Both the position numbers and the translations under genes were made by a program. Positions 53,116 through 64,000 of a stretch of DNA of 64,000 nt are shown here, piece by piece. This stretch comes from Eledone cirrhosa (Eukaryota), in the NCBI GenBank assembly GCA_964016885.1, contig OZ024743.1:192448001-192512000 (forward strand), in the 5' to 3' direction. The first letter of the stretch is position 1. Each line of letters begins with the position of its first letter. Below the pieces are notes generated by a model. The model ran no database searches, was not told the origin of the DNA, and worked only from the letters and a program-made list of their open reading frames with translations.

Positions 53116-55293
53116 TATTATGCTTGCTGTTTCAAAACAAACTTACATATATATATACATAAACGTTTAGAGAACTCTTCTGTTATACCAAGGGCAGGAC
53201 AACCTTTCTTGTGTTAGTGTTTTACACAATAAACTCACCCAGCACACTCTTTAAAGTAACTAGTGATAGGAAGGGCATCCAGCCATAGAAAATCTGCCAA
53301 ACAAAGCTTCGGAAGGGCTCTTCATCTGTATCAAAGACGTGATAGGTTTCAAGTTGTGGTGCCATGATAAAATTTACCCGGTGCACTCAGTAGAGTGCAG
53401 GAATGCATGTGAGATGCAGGCTGCTGGCCTATCCAAGAGGTCTGTAACTCCATTTAAGTTCTGACTTAGTTTGTGATAACCCACCCAACTCTTCTTAGCA
53501 TGGAAAACATACGTTAGTTGAAGTCATCTTTAAATTTCTAAAAGCTTTTAGGATGACTCCAACTAAAGACTATGCTTTTCAGAATCTGACTCTTGTATGT
53601 CCAACTGTTAAGCAATGCTAAAAAGATTCTGGCATGGAAGAAAACAAAACAAATTTCATAGCAATTCACATGAAAGTATTCTCTGATTGAAATATACTAT
53701 CAAATACATTTGAAATACAACACTATGTTTTAATTGTTTATATGCATTGTTTGGGCTTCTGATCATTTAAAATGTATGTCTGTGTGTATGTGTGTGCATG
53801 GGTGCCAGTGAGGGAAGCATCTATAATGCAACTTGATCTGATAGGAATATCAGCCAAATCATATCCTACTTTTTATGAATTGGGAGCGATTTGAATGAGC
53901 CATGGCTACTATTTCTATCAAGTCAAGATATGTAGAGGCTCCCATGTTAATTCATGTATACACAAGGCTCATACATATATGTATCTATACATATTTCTAT
54001 GAAATAGTAACCAAATCACACACACATATATATATAAATGACTCTGTAGATCGTGTAGGATTTTTGAGAGAACCTTATGCAATGAGAGCCTACTACAAAA
54101 ACTATAGCACTCAGTCTAATCTCATTGAAAAAATCTCTTGAAAGCTGCATTGAGTTCTAACAATGTTATCGGTCCCACCATAAACAGGCGGATACCTATA
54201 TACACATACATGTATGTGTGTGTGTAAAAGTGAACTGACCGTACAAGCAATGCTTGGTAGGACGCATGACTGGGTAAAAAAAATTCATCTGAAAAAGTGT
54301 CACGATTGACTGAGGTCATAGCCGCTGCACAAAGATTGAAGCGAAAATGGAAGGCGCAGTTAAAACACGCCTCTGGTCCTCTGCAGTCCGTCAGTCAGTC
54401 CATACTGAGTTGCTTTCCTATCAAATATTATCAATAGTTAGTTTATAGCTCTAGCTAACCACAGTCAATTTATTATCCAGTTTTTGTAGTCATGATTGTA
54501 TGAATTATCTCCCCTATATCACATACACACACACATACGCACACCGCCATTGTGTAACCATAACAATTAGGTTCGGTTTGGGGGCTTTTTTTCTAAAAAC
54601 TTCTATTAATGTTTAATCTCTTTTTACCTTTGTAGATACTAAAGTTAACCGACTCATATTTGATAGCCACATTTTATTTTATTTTATTTTATTTCCTAGT
54701 CTCTCACCTAGGTTTGCACTTACGTTCTTAAATTAAAAACTTTAATAACAATGTATGCATAATAAAGAGTATTAACACCATTTCCTTTTCTTCTTGCTTT
54801 CGGAATTTTTGTTAAGAAAATTTCCTCTATCACATCCTAAAAAAATTTCCGCTAATAGTGCCACAACTGTTCATATAACTTTACATCTATCATTCTCACA
54901 TTCTCAGTCTATCTCGTTATCTACAAACTCTATACCCTTCCTTTTACTACTTTCACTTTCATATATAAGTTCTAAATATCTCTTGTTTCACCTTCACAGT
55001 TTCACAGACTACTCGCAAGGAAACTTCGAAAACAAGACTACGTTTTGAATTTTTTTTTTTTTTTGTAGTTGTATTCGGTGTTTTTAATTATAAGAACACA
55101 TACCAAATGAGTGTCTGTGTGGGATGTCTCCCAGTTTATCCATGCATGTTAAAGGAGATGATTAAAAGCCTTGGCAGCAGAAAGTGCATCCGACCATAAA
55201 ACAATGCCTGAAAAGGGAACCAAGACTCTCATCAGGCCTACATGTCTACTTTAGAAGAGAAGTGACTTTAAAACGTTTACTGTTGTCTCTCTC

Positions 55294-55354
<61 letters not shown>

Positions 55355-58094
55355 TACAAACACAAGTTTTGAAATGTGAATAAAAGTCTAAATGAAGTTA
55401 GTGAAAATAAAGATTTAATAAGTACACAGCTGAATGAGTTGACTAGACAAATAAGAGAGAGTGGGAAGTGGAACGAGGAGGAATGATTATGCTTTTTAAT
55501 CATTGTCATTATCCTAGGTGAAAATGCTTTACCATTCCATCCCACCCCCATTATTAAAATAGAAAACGACAAATATCTTACAATGGTAGATGAAGACATA
55601 CATTCATATATAAAGATTACTCATATACATTCTTCTCTTTTAGCACAGACGACGGGGTGGGAGGTTTTATAAGCAGCGGTTTCACTTCGCAGTCATGGTC
55701 ATTTCACTTCCCTTGAAGTTGCAATCAATTGTTCTTTGGGGAGTTATGAACACCATAGTCTTATTCTATCCACTCTATAAATATGAAAAACAGTGTGCAT
55801 GAAACCAATATAAGAAGTAATTATGTTGTAAGGAATTATTTTTACTGGATGATTTCAATAAAAAAATTTCTGGAGTTAATACAGCACCAACAATTTACTT
55901 GAATTTATTAGACTGTGTTCTTTTGTCAATATTAAAAAACTATTATTATACCGGATCAATAAGACAACCTTTGCGTGGTCGCTCGTCTTGCTAAAAATAG
56001 TAATCAAATTTCCTTCAACTCACACCCGACTGACTTTAAAAGGGAATGAGATTGCATAATGCGTAAGACTATGTTCAGACAATTTTTATATACTTTTCTT
56101 ACAACTGAACTCTTCAAGGGCTATGCAATTAAGAAATCCACAATCAAATACTTGGAGAGATATTGGTTTCTGATTTAGGCACAAAGCCAAATAGAGAGAT
56201 ATTAACGATCTAACTTACTCCTTTGCATTTTCAAGCATTGTACCTTTTTAAAAACCACTATTAATATCTATCAAGTTTCGTTGTCGAATATTAAGACAGC
56301 TCTTAAGTTCAAATGAGATCGGAGTTAACTTTAACTTACAACACCTGAGATCGATAATGCAATCGACTATACCCAACCACCACCATGTCGAGTGCATAAT
56401 AAAAAGAAATCAATTTAAAGCAACTCACATTTTAGTTTAAAAAATTCTAGCGGCACTAAAGGAACAAATAAGCTGCGAACACTTTGGTCGCTTGTCTTGA
56501 TGGAAGATAAATCGGTTCCTTTTGTGTTGCAGTAGATATGTAGATGCTAGCTGGAGATAGTAGTGGTGGTAGCGTTCGTTTGGTTGACGATAAAGTGACC
56601 AGCAAACAGGATCGAAGATTGAAATGTAGCAGGATTGTTTCCATGCTACCTGAAGCAGCACTGTTTGTCCAGGGATAGTGGGAATGGCGCAAGCGATTAC
56701 CGGCAGCATCACCATCTTCATTTCTTCTTTCTCTCTCAGCTCCTTCTCACTGGTTCCATTGGGTTATTTGCATCGACCAGCCGTCTGTCTCTCATTGTCA
56801 CACTGACACTTCAAACATCTTTTTCACTTTATGCAGAGCTGCACATATCGTTTTCCTTTTTATCGCCATATCCATATCACTCCGTCTAAACTTTCGTCTT
56901 TTTTTCTCTCTAGTTGTCTTTCTTTTCTTTTATAAATTACATTATACATTAAATTATTACTTGATAGAGATAGCAAAAAAAAAAAAAAAAAAAAACACCC
57001 GGCTTCTTCCAGTTTCCAAAAGCAAAGTGGAAATAAAAGATATAAGAAAACGATAACAACGATTTCTTTGGCAACAATAATTTTACAATAATAATATTGA
57101 GAAAAAGAATTTTTATTGAAATTATTCACCAAAAAAACTCTGTATAAATATTGCGTATAAATGCACACATTATTTATGCGTGTGTGCATTATAGCTGCGA
57201 ATCTGTACCAGTGACTCGAGGACCAAGAGTTTTATACTTAAGTGTGCACTCTTCAAAAGAGAGCTAAGCACGAAACTTCTGTCTTTTGAGTCACTCGAAT
57301 AGCTTCACATCTATTATATAATATACATCACCCTATTCATGTACGGAGTTTTGTTTCTCCTGTTTCCACAGCCAAACCTAATCCTATATATATATATATA
57401 TATATAAATGAAAAGTATAGAAATTTATAATATAATATAATATAATTTAATATAATATATATAATGTGCAGGCGTATGTGGTTAAGGAACCATGTAATTG
57501 AGAAAGAGGAAGAATAAAATATTCGTGAAAATATATTATCGTTCGAAAGTTGTATTAGCTGATTTACAAACAAATATTTCATGATCATGTTTTGTTTTGT
57601 TGATGTTTAGGAAGGGAAAATGGGAAAGAGAGTAGTTTCCGAAAATTGTTTATGAGAAAAAATATATATATATATATAAATCTTACATTTTAAGGTAGTC
57701 GTTGTGCGAATAATCTGTAATCTCTGACTGACCAATTCCTTCAACCTGGACATCGAACGAAGCCGGCGATGTTTGTATTCTGATAACAATTACACGTTAT
57801 ATGCAAGGTACTCCAATGTCGTCTCGTCTCTGGCACTAAGGTGAAAGAGAGGGGGACGAATGGTAAAAAGAGAAACCTTGGTTATCTCCCTTGTTTAGTT
57901 ATTAATTAGCCTTTCTTTTTCTTTCTATCAGTTTACTCTTTACGCTCTTTATCTTACTCTTTCTCTTGCTTTTAAAATCTTTCTAGTATGTATTCTTATC
58001 CCTTCTTTTAATTTCTTCAATCTCGTTGTTTCTTTATTTGTTTTTCTTTAGTTTCCTGCTCTTTCCCTCTCCCTCTCTCTCACTCCCCTCTCGT

Positions 58095-58127
<33 letters not shown>

Positions 58128-58946
58128 GGGGTTTTTTTTATCTTGTTTATTTCCTTTTCGCCTTTTTCTCATTCACTCACTGACCTTTTCTTTATTTTTA
58201 TACCACCGCTCGCTCGTTCATTGACTCTCAGGAATCACCTTACTCTCGCTATAGTTTTCTACTCTCTCTCTCTCTCTCTCACTGTCTCTCTCTCCCCCTC
58301 TCTCTCTCTCTCTCTCTCTTATAATCCTTTTAACTTTAACTCTTACATTTTCACTTTCCATTACTAACCCACCTCTCTAACTATTTCCTTTTCACATTTA
58401 TAATCATTGCCCTTCCTCGATTTCTCATATTTTCTTTTCGCCGTTTTGTTTCATCGTTTTACCCAATTCAAGTTCTATTCTTTTCTTTAAATCTCTGTTA
58501 CTTTTTCTTCCCCTCCCCCTCTCTCTCTCTCTCTAATATTTACGCATGTCTTTATTTTATTATTATTATTATTTTAAATATTGCTTCCTCTCACATTCTT
58601 TCCTTTCCTTCCCACCTTTATGTTCTAATTATTGATATCTAGGCCACTTCTGCTACACAACATGCCTCTCACTCCTCCAGCAAATGTTTATTTTCGATTC
58701 CATCCTTGTAGTTTTTTTCTATTATTTTCTTACTGGTTTCATTTTTACCATATACTGCCTGGTTTAATTGCTGTCTAATCTACATCCTATAGTTTTGTTG
58801 TCGTTTATTAACTAACATCTTTTCTTCGTCTATCCATATAATTGTAATTCTTGCACATGAGGCAACATCCATCTGATGTTTTGCAAAAGATAAAAATTAA
58901 AGGTTTGTTTGTTTGTTTGTTTTTCCATTTCCAGATTTGTTTTAGG

Positions 58947-58950
<4 letters not shown>

Positions 58951-59038
<88 letters not shown>

Positions 59039-59105
59039 AGAAATGACTGGAACTGAATGAAATAATCAGGAACATTCCTGATTTTATATATATATATATA
59101 TATAT
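58951..59105. repeat. (CT)n and (TA)n microsatellites (representative; many more across the window)
   Basis: Directly visible dinucleotide runs. Confidence 0.95.
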
Positions 59106-60308
59106 ATATGTTATTCCGGGTTCAATCGGGGGTAACCAAAGTAAGTAAGGTACTCAATACATAGAGTATAAATGTTTTAATATAGAAAAGCTTCTACAGG
59201 ACTAGAACTGTTTCATTCGTGAGAAATTATCAGGAAGCTCCTGAATGAAACAGTTCTATCATGTAGAAGCTTTTCTATATTAATATATATATTAATATAT
59301 ATATATACGAAGGTCAGCTGAAAAGTTCACAGGCTGACGACGAAGGAATGAAATCTTGCATGCATTAATTTCAACTCTTGTTGGCAAAGTCAAATCCCGC
59401 CGAGGTTGACTTTGCCTTTCATCCTTACGGGGTCGATAAAATAAAGTACCAGTAATGCACTGGGTAATTGCTGGCCTTGTGCCTAAAGTAGAAACAATTA
59501 ATTTCAACTCTTGTTAATAACTACCTTGTTTCTTTTCAGGGACTATGCTGAAAAATAAACCTCATTTGGTCATTCTATGAAAGTATCTTGGTCAGTCTAT
59601 GAACACTATTGTGTTAGGGAAGGAAAGGCAGACTCTATGACCATTTTAAGAGCATCCAAGAGGAGGGAAGTAGCTACTTTAAACCGGAGGCTTAGCCTAA
59701 ATGCTTACAAAAGAGTGGATTCCGCTAAAGATACCCAGGGGGCAGATGGTGGTGTTAAATCCGGCGAGGGATTAAGCCTAACACTCGAGTAAGCCACAGC
59801 ACAGCGGGATTTGAACTCAGAATTCAATGAGCCGTGACAAATACAGGAAAGCAATTCGTTTGACGTTCTAACTATTCCGCCAATCCACCACCTTGGATTG
59901 GTACTTCATTTTAATCAGCCCAGAAGGGATGAAAAGCAAACTTCATTTCTGAGCGAAGAGAGTTGAAACTAACACCGTAAACATTTCGACCTTCGGATTT
60001 CTGTTTTAAGCATCAGCGATTACGATTCTGAATTAAAAAGAAATAATAATTCCATCGTTTCCATTTGGAACCAGACACAACCAGACACAAATTCTTTTTA
60101 TTTTCACTTTTTTATTGTAGGAACCAACTCACGGGAGACGCAGTAGAGAAAAACTTGCTCGAACATTCATCAAACCTCAGTAAGGAGCAGTTGCCAGGAG
60201 CAATGGAACATAGTGAATTGTGGAGAGACTGTCAGAATGATCGACCGCGGTTACACTGAGGATATATATATATAAATTAAAATATAGAAATTGTTGTGAG
60301 CGTGAAGC

Positions 60309-60364
<56 letters not shown>

Positions 60365-60403
60365 GAAATTAATAAATGGAAACTATATTTATAAAACCAT
60401 ATT

Positions 60404-60468
60404 TATTTCATTATACATATTTCAGGGATACCATATTAAATTATGGTATGCCTTCATCAGACAAAATA
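60404..60468 (-). ncRNA. Type I hammerhead with long stem II, between two (TA)n tracts
   Basis: Minus strand TATTTTGT-CTGATGA-AGGCATACCATA...TATGGTATCCCT-GAA-ATATGTAT-A-ATGAAATA. Confidence 0.75.
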
Positions 60469-60541
60469 CAATATATAACAGTTTTACAAATAGCTTTGAC
60501 GTACCCTTTTAAAATACAACCATTAATTTCGGAGGCTGTCT

Positions 60542-60617
<76 letters not shown>

Positions 60618-61214
60618 GCACAGTGAAATTCCGTCATGACGAAATTCACGGAGTATAAAAAAAATTCATTGTAACGAATAATTCTTTATAACGAGATCGA
60701 CTTAACACATCGAGCGAGTGGGGGGGGGGGTATATATGTGTGTGTGTATAAAGTTCTGGTGTATCAAATTAATATCATTGAACAACCTTGAATCATAGAC
60801 AACCTATGTATTTCTAGGGGTACCTAGTATCCTTAGACATATTAACTTCATTCATTATCCTCCGTTATGTTGAGAACAAATCTGTTGTTCTATTTAGCTG
60901 CTATTCTTTTTAGTAGTAATTGTAGACAGCAAGTCTTTGATTTTCCCGCTTTTACTTCGGTCCAGTTTACATACGGGTCACTTTTACGACCTTTCAGACC
61001 TTTATTTGCTGGCAGGAGGTCATATATTTTGTCGTCCCTAGGAAAGGAAAATGCTTCTCTGATGAGCTTTGGTTTTCCATCAGAAATCCATCGGATTTAT
61101 GAGGTTTTACAAAGCGAAACTGATCAGTAAGGGCTACTAGGAGAGGTAAATATTTATATTATATTTTTAAATGTATTTTAAAGAATTGATTGAATTTTAC
61201 TTGTTATGCTTATC

Positions 61215-61269
<55 letters not shown>

Positions 61270-61819
61270 TCACTGCGACTACGGTCGATAACAACTTCTT
61301 TTTCAGTCTTTTAAGGGTCACCGACCTATTTTATAAGCTATCTTTGTAGCATTTCTGCGCTTGAACACTTTTATTTATACTTATATATACACATATATTC
61401 TCAATGCTCCAAAAGCCGAAAATTTGTATATAAATATATATATTTATGTATATATTTTTCAATATATACATAAATTTTTTTTAAAATGTTAATTTTTTTC
61501 ATACCCGTCCCCGCCCTTACCGCTCCCTCGTTACGGATTGTGCAACCGACTGTAATGAATTATGTAGTTCTCTGTAACACTTATTATTAATCAGTAGACC
61601 ATCGGACGACATGCTTCGTGGCATAAAGCTAATCCTTTACGTTCTGAGTTCAAATCCCAGCGAGGTTAGCTTTGCTTTTCATCTTTGCGGGTCGATAAAA
61701 TAAAGCACCAGTAATGCACTGGGTCGATTTAAGCGACTTTCCCCTACCCCTCAAATTGCTGGCCTTGTGCCTAAAGTAGAAACAATTATTATTAACCGGT
61801 AGAACGTCGGACGACATAT

Positions 61820-63590
61820 TATGTGCATAGGAAGTTGATGTCACGAGAGCAATTAAAGAGCTCTCTTGGCAAGGCTGCTGGAGAGGATGAAATTCGGCCC
61901 GAGATGTTAAAAGCCTCAAATAGAGAAGGTAATCTCTGGCTGACTCGTATGTGTCGGGTAGCCTGGATCTCTGGAAAGGCACCTAAGCAATGGCAATCGG
62001 AAGTGACAATCCCAATTTTCAAAAAAGGGGACTAGAAAAATTGTTCCAACTATAGAGGTGTAGTGACCTACATTCCGCGGGCTCACATACATTCTCTGTG
62101 CGTGATTTGGCTCAGTTCAGCCAATCAGCGCCAGTAGAAGAGGATGTATCCCTATGCGCCCTGAGGAAGAAATTCCCCGCGAAGATTTGAAGAATCTCTC
62201 TCTTGTACCAGAAACTTCGAGCCAGCAACACGCATAATGTAACAGTGAGATATTGCACCCCTAGCCTCGCCGGCTTAACGGCGCAATGGCACATTCCCTT
62301 TTGTAACCTCTTTTTATCTGTAACTTCAACCATATAAGTAAACAAACATTTCATCTCTAATTACTGCGGTTGAAATCATTATTATGTTACTCGTGTCTCA
62401 ATAACATCTTTAATCCATGCTGCTGGAATTGGCGACCTGACGAGAGGAATATTGAAAATGGATGGTAAATAGATCGAGGGACCTTCCCTCACGTCTATGT
62501 CAACAAGATAATCCAACGAGGATACTATCACTTACCACACTGGCAACTAACGACCTTCAATCATCTACCCTGTTAAAGTAACGACCACTGATTCTACCAC
62601 CCTGCTAAAGTGGCGACTACTCTATAACCAATAAAGTCTCCCTCGTAAAGTCTATGCTAAGTGTCTGGAAAAGATACGTAGGGAGGTTTTCAAGTCCATG
62701 CTAGCTGATGAACAGTGTTTTTTGCCTCGGACGCAGCATAGCTGACCAAATATTCACACTGTGACAGGTCTTTGAGAAATCGTGGGAGTGGTGTCAAGAG
62801 GTGTATTCTTGCTTTGTAGACCTCGAAAAGGCATATGGCCGCGTTACACAGGATTTGCTATGAAAGGTTCTGCAGGAGTATGGGATTGATGGTCAGCTTC
62901 TTGTTACCTTGATGTCTCTATACGAATGCCCAAATTTTTTTGTCTTCGGATAAATGGTGCTAAATCGAAGCCATTCAATCCGGGAGTCGGACTCCACCGA
63001 GGATGCGTACTGTCACCTATCCAGTTCATTATTTTCATGAACAGGATTGACATGCGCAGCCGGGTTGGAAGTGGTATCACGACTGGCAAATGTATCAGTC
63101 GACTGGAATTTGCAGACGACGTGGTATTTCTTAACTCGACAGAAGGTGATCGCCGACTTGCACTTGATAGGTTTGATGCCGAGTGCTGCATGGCTGGAAT
63201 GAAAGTCAGTGCTTCGGAAACTGAAACACTCCTCCTCTCAAGGAAGTCTGCACAATGCACTCTACGTGGAGTCCCACTAAAGCAGGTGACGAAGTTCAAA
63301 TATCAGAAGGGAGGTAGGGGTAAAAGCGTATTCATGCAAATTCTTACCTATGCTCATGATTCTTGAGTAATGACCAAAAGAATACGATCGCGAATACAAG
63401 AGGCCGAAATGGGGTTCATCCAAAGGGTCTTTGAAGTAACGTTACTCGATTGAGTGCGTTGCTCGGAGATCAGAGAGTCGCTCCAGGTAGAGCCGCTACT
63501 TCTCCAAATTGAGAGATCACAGCTCCGGTATTATAAACCGCTAGACAGATGTTACGGGCAAAACCAACTGGCAGGAGACCCGGAGCTTGG
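61820..63590 (+). mobile_element. RTE-type LINE RT region interrupted by an insertion at 62059-62630
   Basis: GKAAGEDEI, PIFKKGD, NYRG | KVYAKCLE, FVDLEKAY, GCVLSP, EFADD. Confidence 0.85.
62059..62630 (+). mobile_element. Possible truncated LTR-retrotransposon 5' part nested in the LINE
   Basis: Starts with TG immediately after the NYRG codons; PBS-like TGGCGACC at 62430; no second LTR and no clear TSD. Confidence 0.4.
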
Positions 63591-63736
63591 AAGAAGAAGA
63601 ATATTATACTACTGGATACATCTACGATGAATGATCTGCATAACTTGGAGAACCTTAATTTATTGCATCATCGTTTACTAACCGGCCTCACCAGTTCCAC
63701 CCATTGGTAAACAACGCAACATAAATGGTATATATA

Positions 63737-63818
<82 letters not shown>

Positions 63819-64000
63819 TAAAAACGATGAAGTTTCGTTTACATGTATTTAGTTTTTATCGTGTATCGACCTGTTGTGCACGTTTCAACAGCAATGGTCT
63901 AACCAGTTCCAAACTAACTCTATCTGTCTCTGTCTGTCTGTCTCTCTCTCTCTCTCTGCCTCTCTCTCTCTATCTATCTCCCTATCTATTTATCTATCTA

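Noticed and set aside
54120-54400. Possible mariner-type remnants (also about 16850-16980, 59305-59530, 60620-60700)
   Set aside because: Only TIR-like impressions; no paired ends or transposase motif could be confirmed.
56437-56721. 94-aa minus-strand ORF as a protein-coding gene
   Set aside because: No recognisable domain, and it stops just before the candidate donor; kept only as a possible non-coding exon.

Overview
AT-rich, repeat-dense eukaryotic DNA. The intron/exon structure, (TA)n/(CA)n/(GA)n microsatellites and RTE/SINE repertoire suggest a mollusc, probably an octopus-like cephalopod (inference only). The only protein-coding gene I can support is the 5' part of a PHTF (putative homeodomain transcription factor 1/2) orthologue on the minus strand: five phase-compatible GT-AG coding exons between 14132 and 693, with the gene continuing off the left edge. 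The rest is mostly transposon debris: RTE, CR1-like, R4/Dong-like and CRE-like LINE fragments, a decayed Penelope element with inverted termini, tRNA-type SINEs, piggyBac- and Tc1-type MITEs, a Helitron and an LTR-like piece. The main observation is a dense set of type I hammerhead ribozyme (HHR) motifs, 13 with a recognisable core and stems plus several decayed ones, carried by small non-coding elements lying in or beside (TA)n tracts. They occur as partial tandem repeats (615-bp and 391-bp units, retrozyme-like) and as fold-back palindromes with an HHR on each strand. Six carry a compensated U3-A8 core (UUGANAA instead of CUGANGA), four of them with greatly expanded stem II. All folds were read by eye; catalytic activity, expression and novelty are untested.
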